NCBI RefSeq assembly: GCF_038025025.1
Contig: NW_027117345.1
Location: 124,001 to 188,000 of the forward strand
DNA: 64,000 bases
Direction of reading: 5' to 3'
Origin: Phyllosticta citribraziliensis
Taxonomy: Eukaryota
Program-made: the position numbers and the translations under genes
The notes under the pieces: generated by a model
Seen by the model: only the letters and a program-made list of their open reading frames with translations
Told to the model about the DNA's origin: nothing
Database searches by the model: none
Part shown: in pieces, positions 33,980 through 45,836 of the stretch
Layout: each line of letters starts with the position of its first letter
Numbering within the stretch: the stretch's first letter is position 1

Positions 33980-34320
33980 CCTGGTGGTGTTGAAGTCAAT
34001 CAACCTCCTTCGAGGCACTTTCGCCCACCACTCTCGCCTGATGTCGGAGCAGAGGACGACGACACCTTCGGTATGGCGTCTGAGCCTTCGACATCAGCCA
34101 TACCGAAGTTAACCAGAAAGCCGCTCACCTTCGACAGCGCAACGGCCAAACCATTCAGCGGCCTGGAGGTGTTGAAGTCTCGAGGCACTTCCGCCCGCCA
34201 CTCTCGCTTGGGTGTTGGAGCAAAAGACGACAATCCCTTCAGTGTGGTACCCGAGTCTTGGAAATCAGCCATACCCAAGCTGAACAGAAAGCCGCTCACC
34301 TTTGACTGCACAAAGGTCGC
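33980..34320 (+). repeat. Direct duplication, two copies about 180 bp apart
   Basis: CCTGG(T/A)GGTGTTGAAGTC at 33980 and 34162. Both copies share TCGAGGCACTT..CCACTCTCGC and ATCAGCCATACC...AGAAAGCCGCTCACCTT (peptide SAIPKL.RKPLTFD twice). Confidence 0.8.
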
Positions 34321-34731
34321 TCACTCGCTCCGCCCAAAGCTCCGGAGGCACCGACATAGTTGAGCATCAAAAGAGATCGTGCCGCAAAACATCACTGCGT
34401 ACACAAAGATTGGCAAGCAGGCAGGAAAACGCAAGTCAAAGCCAACACGCCAACGACATTCGAAGTTCGCAAAACCAAGAAGACGCCGCATGCCTGGAAG
34501 ACCGCTCAGGGAAAGATTGTGACTCGATCTTTGGAAAGCGAGGACGCGAGCAAGTAGGGCCATGAAAAAGACGTTTGAAAGCAAGGTCGTTCTTGTAGGC
34601 AAAAGGACTCTCCAAACACGCGAAAGATCAAAGAAAAGACAAGCGGCAAGTCAGAACATGATCTGCCAAAGAGAAGGGCATCGCCATTCACTAACTATGC
34701 AAAGCACCACCCCATCCATCCACCGTCAACC

Positions 34732-36090
34732 TCAAGCGCTGAAGAAGCGACCCTGCTTCCCCAGCCACTGCGCAACATGATTAAACGCGGTGACAGTCGT
34801 ATTGCCAAACTCGCCAGGGTAGCTCTCGCACTCCGTGCACGTCGAGGTATCATGATTGGCGCCCTCGACAAACGCAATCGACGTATCATTGCTGCCCGAG
34901 TTCAAGTACACCTTCTCGGCATTCAGGTACTCGTAGTGGCCCGTCATTCCCATGGCCAGCAGCGGCACCCTGATGCCCTGCACCGCCGCGATGGGCACCA
35001 TGTGGCTCGAGTTCCACTGGATGCCCGCGACGCTGTCGGCGTCGTAGGAGAAGGCGGCCGCGTCGACGCGCAGCGCGAAGATGCCGAGGAAGCGGCGGAT
35101 CGTCGTCTTGACGGCGCCGTCGAGGAACGACGACGCGACGGACGTGACGCCTGACGGCACGCGCACCGAGTGCACCACCTGCGTCGTCGCCGTCCCGTTC
35201 TTGTGTAGTAGCGGCCACGCGTACTTGGTGTGCGAGAAGAGCCGCACGTCCTGCGTGAAGAGCTTGTTGTTGTTGCCCGTGTACATCGAGTCAGGGATGA
35301 TGAAGGCCTCATCGTCGGCGTAGGATCCGTTGCCCGCTTTGATGATGGCCAGGCGCTCCTCGGCGTACTTGACCAGTCGGTTCATGCGCAGCGCCACCTT
35401 GTACTGGAACTCTTTGATGAAGCTGGCCGTGTAGTTGGCGCCATTGGCGGTCCAGCCGTTGGCGGGGCTGAACAGGTTGAGCGATGAGTTGATCTTCATG
35501 CCGCTGGTTTCGTCCTCGATGGCCGGGTTGAGACTGAGGAGAAACATGGAGGAAATGCCGAGGTTGGCGTCCATCAAAACGACACCATCCGCGGCGGGGA
35601 GGTCTGCCACAGCGTCGGAGCAGGGGTAGAGCTTCTCCGGTCCCTGGCACGCCGCGAGGCCGTTCTCCGCAATGTTCTGGTAGGCCGTCATCATGGCGCC
35701 GCCGCCACTGTGTCCAAGTAGGACGACTTGGTTGATGTCGGTCTGGTTGCGCAGGTAGCTGACTCCCAAGGCGGCATTCTCCAGCATCTCTTCGAAATCG
35801 AGGTCCGACATGTACCCGGACTTGCTGGCTGCGTTGTTGGCGCAAAAGACGGTGTAGCCTCGCTCAGCCAGCTCCGTACACGCATAAAAGCTCAAGTAGT
35901 CCTGTTCGGCATGCATGACGTAGACTGCAAGGCCTGCTTTGGCACCACCGGTAGCTGGGCGATGGAGGCCTCCAACAACGCCCCCTCCCATGTCGACGAG
36001 CTCTGGAGCTGGTAGGCCGGCTGCTTGGGAAAGAGAGACATTGCCGATTGTAAAGAGGACAGCCAGTGCGGCTTGTTTGAAAGACGGCAT
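34732..36090 (-). CDS. Secreted alpha/beta-hydrolase-fold protein, intronless
   Basis: Signal peptide MPSFKQAALAVLFTIGNVSLSQA; nucleophile elbow LLGHSGGG; His motif FVEGANHD. Start taken at 36090. Confidence 0.85.
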   Translation of the reverse strand: MPSFKQAALAVLFTIGNVSLSQAAGLPAPELVDMGGGVVGGLHRPATGGAKAGLAVYVMHAEQDYLSFYACTELAERGYTVFCANNAASKSGYMSDLDFEEMLENAALGVSYLRNQTDINQVVLLGHSGGGAMMTAYQNIAENGLAACQGPEKLYPCSDAVADLPAADGVVLMDANLGISSMFLLSLNPAIEDETSGMKINSSLNLFSPANGWTANGANYTASFIKEFQYKVALRMNRLVKYAEERLAIIKAGNGSYADDEAFIIPDSMYTGNNNKLFTQDVRLFSHTKYAWPLLHKNGTATTQVVHSVRVPSGVTSVASSFLDGAVKTTIRRFLGIFALRVDAAAFSYDADSVAGIQWNSSHMVPIAAVQGIRVPLLAMGMTGHYEYLNAEKVYLNSGSNDTSIAFVEGANHDTSTCTECESYPGEFGNTTVTAFNHVAQWLGKQGRFFSA

Positions 36091-37060
36091 TTTCGTCTGC
36101 CTGACAAGGACTCGATGAAAAGATTGTTGCTTCAGCCATGACGGTTGCTCAAAGACGGTTATATACTCTTGCACAGCTTGTAGATTCGTCCTGGCGTTAT
36201 TAAATCCGCAGTTTAGGCGTTTGTGGTGGAGCGCAATGGATAGAGCACACCAAACCGTGCGTATATTCCAATATCCACAGTGATGGAATATACCAGTGCG
36301 CAGGCTCAACATGCGGCTGTTATTGGTCAGTATTCTCCGACTACTACACAAAAAGAGTAGGTGGGTTGTACACCAAGCAATGCTGAGTGCCTTATGCAGG
36401 TGCACTTTCGCGGATTAGGTGCCCGATGGTTGGGTCAGCCATATACCCCGAGTCGGAGATAGGATCTAAGATCGCTTGCACCTTTCGTGAGGCTCTTGCG
36501 GGGGTCGGTCCGAAGGTTAAAATCCGCCCAGAGCCTTAATAGGTCCGAAATAAGTCTTGCTCCTTGCTCAGAAGGTCTGGTTCCCTCTCAGAATACCTTC
36601 CAAAGGAGCCTAGTTGATTTGGGTTCAATCCAATTCAGGTTTCGGCTGCTCGCTTGGCTTCAAGAGTACGTGTCTCCCCGCATTTTCTTTTGCAGGCACG
36701 ATCACCAAGCGAATTTGCACAAGAATTCGGATCTTGAATTTCGGGAATACGCGTTTAATACCTTGGTCACCACCGAGCAAGGTTATGGCGACTTGGTCGC
36801 AGTTCGAGGGGCGTAATAGCCAGTTAGGGAGGGTGGGACGACACGTAGTTGGTTTGAGCCCGAATTTTTCAAGGGCCGCTCTCCTTTCAACACAATTGAG
36901 AGTCAAAGGTTCGATGCTGATTGCGCTCGACAAGTTTGAATTGTTTCAAGCGCTGAGAGTCCGTCAGCTACTAATACATTGGAGATTCACAGGTGCTCAG
37001 CAATCACCCACAGTCAATCCTCTTCAAAGCGAAGTAAATCTTCAGCATCTCCAGTCCACC

Positions 37061-38063
37061 TCACTGAAGCGGCTTGACGCCCTTGTGGATGGCCGAAATG
37101 CCCAACGTCAAGTCTTCCCAGCCCTTTCCAGGTACAACAAAGCCCGCGTTCTTGATCATCTGGCTGAACTCCTCTTGGCTGGGGAACTTCTCGATACTCT
37201 CAACCAGGTACTGGTAGCTGTCCCGATCACCCGCAACCAGCTGTCCAATCAGCGGAATGGCGCTGAAGCTCCAGTTCTTGTACACGGTGTTAAAAACAGG
37301 ATTGTTGACCTTGCTGAACTCGAGGCAGGCGAAGACGCCGCCTGGACGCAGCACGCGGAAGGCCTCTCGCAGGGCGCGATCCTTGTCGGTGAAGTTGCGG
37401 ATACCAAAGGCGACAGTGTAGAGGTCGATGCTGGCGTCGGGGATCATGTCGAGGTGCTCGGCGTTTGCCTCGACAAATGCGAGGCGGCCAGTGCGAGCAT
37501 AAGGAGTGCTCAAGCTGCGCTTCTTGCCTTCAACCAGCATCTCTGGGTTGATGTCGGCAACGGTGACGCGCGTGTGAGGGTCGTTGTTGACGGTGCTGGC
37601 GTGGTCGAGGAGGCGAAAAGCAATGTCGCCGGTGCCACCAGCGATGTCGAGAATGTTCCAGCCCTTGGCTTGTGGTACTTGGAGCGGGTTGGTACCAGGG
37701 TTCAGGCTGCGTACAAAGTGGTCTTTCCAGAGTCGGTGGATGCCCAGGGACATGAGGTCGTTCATCGTGTCGTAGGATTGGGCAACGGAGGAGAAGACGC
37801 CGCGGACTGTCGGTAGGTCAGCCTCGAGATCATTGGGGTTGTGAGAACAGCGATCGCGTACCCTTGGACTCCTTGAGGTACTCGGGAATGGTTTCAAATC
37901 CAAAGTGAGTCGTCTTGTCCTTTTCCGATGATGACTGCTGGGATGCATTTTGCTGCTGTGCGTGGCGAGCGGTGCAGGAAAGGCAGCGGTAGGGCGCCCG
38001 CAACGCACGCGCATTGACCTGGCGCAGGAATTGGGGCCGAGGAAGTAATCTTGAGGCGCTCAT
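37061..38063 (-). CDS. COQ5: Ubiquinone biosynthesis C-methyltransferase (UbiE/COQ5) (exons 38063-37862, 37806-37061)
   Basis: Mitochondrial presequence; THFGFETI, VFSSVAQSYDTMNDLMSLGIHRLWK, LDIAGGTGDIAF, YTVAFGIRN and YQYLVESIEKFP. Confidence 0.96.
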
Positions 38064-38342
38064 GATGGTGTTGGAGGAAAAGGTGCTTTACGCGTCAAAG
38101 TGACGGCCAAGGTTGACGTGCCGAATCAACTTTCTGGCGGAACAACTCCGGCCGGAGCCGATAGGGCTGAGGACCTGGCTGTGCCGTGTGGCTGGAGAGG
38201 TCGACGTCAGGGCAACCCATAACTGATCAGCGCGGCTACTCGCGGCTTGTGTGAACCAAGGGAGTGCACTGTCCTCCCCCACAGCTTCTCCGCATTCTTA
38301 CTCTCATCACTGTTCTCCCATTGAACATGAGATTGTCCGACT

Positions 38343-39821
38343 ATGACTCTCTGGCAGGGAGCACGCAGACTCGCCAGCAGACGGGCCTCAATTCCCGCGA
38401 GACAAGCCTCTAGGCCGCCATACCTCGAAGCACGGCAACAAAGGCACCCGACACCACTACAGGCAAGATGGAGCTCCTCCATCTCTCAGAGACCTGGCTC
38501 AGACCAGTAAGCCGTGCAATTGGATATCCATGAGACCAAAAACTAACAGCATGCTAGTGTGCACTTCCCAGGCGCCGTCAACAGCAAGTTCACCACCACC
38601 TTGTCTTTTGATACACCTGCCGACAAGCCTGCCATGCACACGTACCGCATCCTCGATCAAGACGGCGAGATAGTGGACAAAGATCGGGGGCCACCCGATG
38701 TGCCAGCAGACCAGCTTCTCACCTGGTACAAGAACATGATCACTGTCTCCATCATGGATCTCATCATGTTCGAGGCGCAGCGGCAAGGTCGTCTGTCTTT
38801 CTACATGGTGTCTGCGGGCGAAGAAGGGATTGCAGTGGGATCAGCAGCCGCCCTCACACCCGACGATGTCATCTTTGCCCAGTACCGCGAGGCAGGAGTT
38901 TTTGCCCAGCGCGGCTTTACCCTTGACGAATTCATGTCGCAACTTTTCGCCAACGCACACGATCCTGGCCGCGGACGCAACATGCCTGTACACTACGGCT
39001 CTGACCGCCTGCACATCCACACCATCTCGTCGCCGCTGGCCACACAAATTCCACACGCGGCTGGCGCCGCCTACGCCCTCAAGTTGCAAGATCTCCAAAC
39101 TCTGCCTGGACAAGAGGCGGCAGATCCGGAAAAGCGTCGTGTCGTTGCGTGCTACTTTGGCGAAGGAGCGGCGTCGGAGGGAGACTTTCACGCCGCTCTC
39201 AACATTGCAGCGACGCGGTCATGTCCTGTTGTCTTCATGTGCCGAAACAATGGCTATGCCATTAGCACCCCAACGCTAGAACAATACCGCGGCGATGGCA
39301 TTGCTTCACGAGGCGTCGGATACGGCATCGACACCATTCGTGTTGACGGCAACGACATTCTGGCCGTGTACGAAGTGACCAAAGAAGCGCGTCGGCGCGC
39401 CTTGACCAACGGATGCAAACCTGTCTTGATTGAGGCCATGAGCTACCGGGTCAGTCATCACAGCACGAGCGACGATAGCTTCGCGTACCGCGCACGCGTC
39501 GAGGTGGAGGACTGGAAGCGTAGAGACAATCCCATCACGCGGCTGCGCAAGTACTTGGAAAGTCAAGGACTGTGGAGTGAAGAAAAGGAGCAGGAGGCGC
39601 GCAAGGGGATTCGAAAAGAAGTGCTGGCTGCATTTGCGCGGGCTGAAAAGGAAAAACGGCCGCCCTTGAGGTGCCTATGGGAGGACGTGTACGCTGATTT
39701 GACAGAAGAGCAGTTGGATCAGATGCGGGCAATGAAGGACGTGGTGAGTAGATACGAGGCGGAGTACGACCTAAGCGAGTTTGAGGGCGGCATTGGTGGA
39801 TTAGACGTCAAGAAGCCATAG
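38343..39821 (+). CDS. BCKDHA: Branched-chain 2-oxoacid dehydrogenase E1 alpha subunit (exons 38343-38506, 38558-39821)
   Basis: Arg-rich presequence; AQRQGRLSFYM, GRNMPVHYGS, ISSPLATQIPHA, TPP motif YFGEGAASEGDFH...RNNGYAIST, and HHSTSDDS. Confidence 0.96.
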
Positions 39822-40785
39822 TTGCTGGTGTGTGGATGGAGCGTCGGCATCAGTAGAACAAGCATATTGTTTGTATTTTGGAACAGATTTTTAACGTCAA
39901 CGTGGTCTCGGTCTCGGTCTGCCACACAGTACCGTAGAGTTGAGTAAAATCTTTTACCTGGAATTCTTCCGTTCTTCCGTTCAACAAGACAGTCTTCAAG
40001 GTGCCAGCTGCGTCCCGGAACCAGGCCCCCAGATCGATCCGAGATGGATTTGTCAGGGCGACAGAGTGGAGAAAAAAAGGGTTCGCGTACTCCAACGAGC
40101 ATAGCGCCGATCGACAAGACGGACGATGACGGACGCGACTACTGTACGTTACCTGAGGAATCAACGATCGGCCGGCTGGCGCCGCATCTGATGGCTCACC
40201 AACGTCGGTGGTTGAAGCTGACGGTCGAGGCGTGGAGCGAGGAGCGCTGGCGGCGTCACCACTACAACAAGAACAAGGGCTTTGTCGCGTTGGATGAGTG
40301 ACAGCGAGGGCGAGCTGGGGTAGCTGTGGGGAATCGGCGTGTCGGCCAAATGGAAAGACACGTTGGAACGCGGTTGGATGGGGAGGATTGGGTCTGGCGC
40401 GTCGAGAGTACGGATAGAGGAGGAGAGATGCAGTGCAGGTTGCGGCTTGGCTATGGCGCCATCTAGACGTGCACGTCTTCCGTTAGTTCGCGATAAGCAC
40501 TGACACCTCGCCGGCCATTTTCTCATAAAGACGCATCATGGACGACTCCGCTTCTCCAGGAATCGCTTCGCTCTCTCTCAATTCTTCCTTTTCTCGTCTC
40601 TCTCCAATCCCTCCAGGCTCCTGTTTGTCGGCGTCCGAGACCCTGCTGATCAACCGCATCCTGCGTCGCAAGCGCCCCACCATCTATCGTGATAGACGAC
40701 GGCATTGAGGCCAGCTATAATATCTGTTGACGCCGGACGGATCTCCACAACCCAGACGCGTTTCTTTTGACCCCGATCCTCTACA

Positions 40786-41760
40786 ATGGCCGCCTCCATC
40801 TCCAACACCACCTCTGCGGGTACAACCCCAACCAGCAGCGACGACGGCCACAGCAGCCCGCGTAGCAACAGCGGCGCCTCTGACTCGTCCACGACCGCCT
40901 CTCTCACGTCCGCAATCGCCCCGGCCGCTTTACGGAATACCAATTACCCAACGCTCAAGCGCAAGTGCTCCGTTGACCAAGACCTCGACGACACGGCCGA
41001 AGCTCTGACGCCCCCACTCTCGGCCACCGACGACGACTGCCAAACCGACACGCCGCCAACCCTCTCCCGCGCCCTGCACGTCTTGGCCACTGAGGCGACC
41101 GCGCTGTCCAACGTTGCACGCTTGTACGAGACGTCGCGCTCGGCACGAGCTGGGCTGCTCGCGGCCGTCGACATTGTGGAATCTACATACTGGGCCGGCG
41201 GGAAGCTGGTTGTGTGCGGGGTGGGCAAGAGCGGCCTCGTGGGGCGCAAGACGGTTGCCACGATGAAGAGCTTGGGGCTGGGCGCCAGTTTCTTGCATGC
41301 GGCCGAGGCAGTGCATGGTGACCTGGGCGATGTCCGCGAGGACCGCGACGCCGTGCTCTTCATCAGCTTCAGCGGCAAGACGGCGGAGCTGGTCAACCTG
41401 CTGCCGCACATTGGAGCAGGCGTGCCAGTCATGGCACTGACAGGGCACGCAGACTTTGAAGAAGAGTGTCCCTTGCTCGTGGGTAGGCGCAGAGGCACCC
41501 ACGCGGTGCTTCTGCCAGCGCCAATCCACGAGAGCGAGGAGAAGAGCTTTGGGGTCAGCGCGCCCACTACGAGCACCACGGTAGCCATGGCCGTCGGCGA
41601 CATGCTGGCCATCACGGCAGCCGAGCGGATACACGACGATGACAAGGGCCGCGTCTTCAGAAAGAACCACCCAGGCGGCGCCATAGGCGCGAGGACGGCC
41701 GCAGAGGGCCGAGATACAGCTTCCAAGAGGAGGCGCAGGGAGGGGAGCTCGATGCACTGA
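40786..41760 (+). CDS. SIS-domain sugar-phosphate isomerase (KpsF/GutQ-like, no CBS domains)
   Basis: KLVVCGVGKSGLVGRK, FLHAAEAVHGDLG, ISFSGKTAEL, APTTSTT and NHPGGAIG. Confidence 0.9.
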   Translation: MAASISNTTSAGTTPTSSDDGHSSPRSNSGASDSSTTASLTSAIAPAALRNTNYPTLKRKCSVDQDLDDTAEALTPPLSATDDDCQTDTPPTLSRALHVLATEATALSNVARLYETSRSARAGLLAAVDIVESTYWAGGKLVVCGVGKSGLVGRKTVATMKSLGLGASFLHAAEAVHGDLGDVREDRDAVLFISFSGKTAELVNLLPHIGAGVPVMALTGHADFEEECPLLVGRRRGTHAVLLPAPIHESEEKSFGVSAPTTSTTVAMAVGDMLAITAAERIHDDDKGRVFRKNHPGGAIGARTAAEGRDTASKRRRREGSSMH

Positions 41761-43342
41761 AGCGCGGCAGTCAGACTGTCATGATTGTTTTCGAACCTTG
41801 GATCGTCCCAAATGGTACTCGACCATCTCCACCTGTTCCTCCTGCAGGGCGCAGTGCATCTGGACTCGGCACAAGCCGCGCCGCCGACGCAGCGGGCTGG
41901 CTGCGCTGCTGCGAGTGGCGTAGCGTGGCGCGGCGCCCCAACACCGTCACCAAAGGAACCTACGGCCGCGACCGCAAACCAACGGTGCGGCGCGGCGCCG
42001 TCTTTCACCTACTGTACATCCCTGTCGATGCGTCTGGAGCACATCAGGGTGGCTCAGGGTCACCGGCCATCCCAGCCCATCTTTCAATCATCCAAAGAAA
42101 AAGGATGAGGACGGCAGAAAAACGTCCGCGCTCGACACTTTACCATTGGACAGGCTAAGGAGTGTGGTTAGACAGCAGGCTGACGCGCAGACAAACGGAC
42201 ATTGTCCATGTCGTCACCGTCCCCCGCTGCACTGCAGCCGCTGCGCTCCAGGCTACTCCCCGCTAGACGCATGCCCCTAGAGACGTCTCGTCGTCATTAT
42301 CGTCATCGTCTCCGCAGCTGCACACCGGCGGTCGTCCGCACCCGCAGGCAGCAGGCAACACAGCGCAAACAGGACCGCGGTATATCCGATGAATGATGGT
42401 GTCGGATTAGGGGGTAGTAAGCAGGAAGCTGTAAGCCGGTGGAGAGGAAATGAGGAGTGTTGGACGTTGAGCTACAGTGTGGATCGTGGCGCCGCGTCGT
42501 ACTTTCAATACCACATACCTACATACTAAACCAAATCTCTTCTACAAGACTGGACTTTTGGCACTGTGCTTTTAAAATGCTGCGCTTCTCCGCCTTCCCT
42601 CCATCTATCTCCCTCTTTCGCCCCTACTTATGCCTACATTAGTCTTCACTGCCGCCCACAACCCTCCCTACCGCCCTACGCTCCCGCCTAGCTTCATCCC
42701 CAAAGCCTTACTGCAGGCGTGCTTGACTCCCACTCCGTCCACTTATTCACTCACTCATGCATACGTTTAGTACGCACGCACCGTTGTCGTCGCCATTGCC
42801 ATGGCCTTGCGGTTGTCGTTATCGTTATCGTTATCACTACCTTTGTCCTCGTCGTCGAAATAAGCTTATAAGCATGTACCCGTCCCCGTATCCTCGCTTG
42901 CGTAAGGTTGCGTGATGCGTCGAGCGACTCATGCCATGCCCACTGCTGTCGTCATATCGTACCGCGTCGGGGTACCTCGTATCACGTCGTCTTGCATGCT
43001 CTCCTTGTTCTGCGCGGCATGTTGGCCTGGCCTGTTTCCCTATACTAGCTAGCTACCTAGCCTGTCGAATAACGCAGAGAGAGAGAGAAGGGTGTGGTAT
43101 GTCAGGGCGGGCAGCGACCACGAAACGCACCGTGGCGAGGAGGGGGACAAAGTGAAGGTCCACGGGGGCTCGCTCGCTCGGTTGGTGGTTAGGAAAGCTT
43201 ATTACTGCCGTTGCCGCCGTGGCCAGGGCGGGCGGGCTGGCTGGCTGCTTAATTCAATGACATACCTACATGTACCTATCGACCTGTACATACCTCCGCC
43301 TCAAAGACAACAATAGTGGCGGCGGCGGAGACCACAAGAGAC

Positions 43343-43366
43343 AAGAAGAAGAAGAAGAAGAAGAAG
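43343..43366 (+). repeat. (AAG)8 microsatellite
   Basis: Read directly from the sequence. Confidence 0.9.
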
Positions 43367-43687
43367 AGTAGAAGGTGTAGATTCGGACAGATTTGAGATA
43401 GATAGGTAAGCGGCTGTGTATTTCCACACGTGTAATATACAGTTAGAGCGGCGCATGGGGTACAATGCATTGCCGCATTGCGGGATGTCCAGCTGCTGCG
43501 CAGGAGCCCGCGTTCGGAGGCTGCTAGGTACGTACACAGTTGCCATCTAGATATCTAGGAAGTGGAGATGATGCCATGCTTTTGTTGATGCAGAGGACGG
43601 AGTCAGGTGTCCGACACAATGGCTGTAACCCACCATACACACCTACCAGCCACGATGCTTCATCAAATCCACGCGTCAGGCGTGAGC

Positions 43688-45460
43688 TCACCTCCGCCTC
43701 AACGCCTCGATATCAACCACCTCCTTAACGGCCTCAGACGTCAACTTAATCGGATCCTCGGCACCCACACAAACGCTGTCCTCAATGCGCACAGCAAGGC
43801 CCCTAAAATGCTCCGGCCACCGCTCATCGTCGACAGGGACGTAGACGCCAGGCTCAATCGTGATGCACTGGCGCTCCTTGAGCAAGCCACTGCGCGGGAA
43901 GCCCGGCGAGTCGTGCACGTCGAGCCCGATAAAGTGCCCGACGTGGTGTGGGAACAGCGTCTCGATGGCGCCGCGCTGCGTCATGTCGAAGCCGAGGTCG
44001 CGCAGGCCGGCGCTGAGCAGCGTGCACGCCTGCGCGTGCAGCTTGTCGAGCGAGAAGCGCGCCGACTCGCGGCAGAGGGAGATCAACGTCGTCTGCACGC
44101 GCAGCACTGTCGTGTAGAGGTCGCGGAAGGCTGGGTCGAAGACGCCGTTGTTGGGCCAGGTGCGCGTTATGTCGGTGATGTAGCCCCCGTAGGCGCCGCC
44201 GGCGTCGACGAGGATTCCATCGTTGGGACTGGTTTCACTGTCAGTGGCCGCTGGAAGAGTACAGAATGGAGACGGACCGTATCCGATGGTCGTTGCGGAC
44301 ATAGTGGATCATGAGGCCATTCTGCCCGCCAGCAACGACGGGCACGTAGGCGTTCCCATCCAGGCCCCTCTGCTTAAATTGGACCTCCAAGTCAAGCGCC
44401 AGCATCTTCTCCTCGTCCCACGACCGCGCCATGGCATTGTTATAAGACAGCGCCGACTCCCGTCCTGCCTTGCGCATGTTGACAATCTCTGCGTCGCTCT
44501 TGGTCAGGCGCAAGTCGTTCATGAGCGGCCGGAGCGGTCTGGCTGCCGACGGTGCCACGGCCTTGAGTGCCTTGGGAAAGCCATTGTCCCCAGTGAACAT
44601 GGTCCCGCTGAGATATCGCGTGATTGCCGATCGATGGTCGAGTGTCCTGGGCAGGTCCGTGTATACATTTTTCGAGCGCTTGATGACGTCTGGGACGACT
44701 TTGCCAATGGTCTTGATATCGCCGCTCTTGAAAATCCCATAAGCTTTGCGTGTTCGTCAATTGGAAGCTGGGCCTTACAATGTCGGCGTTAAAGACGTCC
44801 TCGGCGGCTTGGATACCCGAACGGGCGCCCTCCCACATTTCTGCTCTCACATCTTTGGGCCGGACGTAGAGATGGAATACATAGTCTTCCTCGGCGCCGC
44901 GCTTTTCTGCTGTTGATCAGCGCTGTTGCTGCCCTGCCATTGATCCGTAATGCGTACCAATTACTGCGAGCGCATCGGGCTCGTTGAAGCCTGACAGACC
45001 TTAGCTTCCCCCAATATTCTTCATCGTATCATGGATCGTACCGGTCAGGTAGAAAAAGTCGGGGTCCTGGTGGAACTCGTAAAAGACGGCGCCGGAGCGG
45101 TACTTTGTGTCGGACGCGCCGAGGATGGCGACAGAGTGCGGTGGGAGAGCTTTGGCGAGGGCGTCGCGGCGTTGGGCGTATTCGAGGGCAGTGATGCCAC
45201 GAGTCACTGCAGATGATCCATCAGACGTCTACAATGGCATTGGAAGGTGTCGTTGGCGCAGTACATTCGCCTGGTGCGAGCAGGTGAGGATGCGTCTCGT
45301 GCACAGGCTGGCCGAACTGGAGGTCTGCAGCCGAGACGGCTTCATGATGGTCTCTCCGCGGGGCAGAGCATGACAGGGGCCTGCGCAGCTGCAGCGGACT
45401 CAGGCGCACGCTGGGTCGGGATCTGGAGAGGGCGTGCAAAAGCCGCAGGCCGGCTCTCAT
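43688..45460 (-). CDS. ICP55: Mitochondrial intermediate cleaving peptidase / Xaa-Pro aminopeptidase (M24B); multi-exon
   Basis: Presequence; LQFGQPVHETHPHLL, FHQDPDFFYLTG, WEGARSG, AYVPVVAGG, LVDAGG..GYITDITRTWP, HHVGHFIGLDVHD, TIEPGVY and RIEDSV. Confidence 0.93.
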
Positions 45461-45836
45461 GATGATGGCAGTCTGGTGGTTGAAGTTTTGGAGTCGCGCG
45501 ACAGGGCAATCGATAAGGGCGGCGGCTGATTGGCTGCCGAGCTCTGACGTCGACGGGTCTCCGCCGCCTCGCGTTCCCGTCGAGCCTCCGCCCATCTCGG
45601 CGGGCATCACCAACAACATCCCGCGTCACTTTCCATTGCTACGCGCGTTACGCCGTGTGCTGCTTCCCGATGACTCGGCGTGCCGAGACTGTCATCTTGT
45701 ATTTCTGTCTTGATTTTGGAGCTCCACATCTTTGAAATTCTTCACACTGCACTCCTCAGCCTTTGCAGCATATCAGTCCGCCTTCGATTGCAAACTACCC
45801 TTCTCCACCATTCCCGTCGCCAAAGGCTTGTCCAGG

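Noticed and set aside
36614..37816. 400-aa plus-strand ORF
   Set aside because: Antisense shadow of COQ5.
40930..42008. Long minus-strand ORFs (275 and 354 aa)
   Set aside because: Antisense shadows of the GC-rich SIS gene.
45732..45836. TTG-initiated N-terminal extension of the sirtuin as a mitochondrial presequence
   Set aside because: Near-cognate start with no supporting context, and an in-frame stop just upstream; cannot be supported without ribosome profiling.
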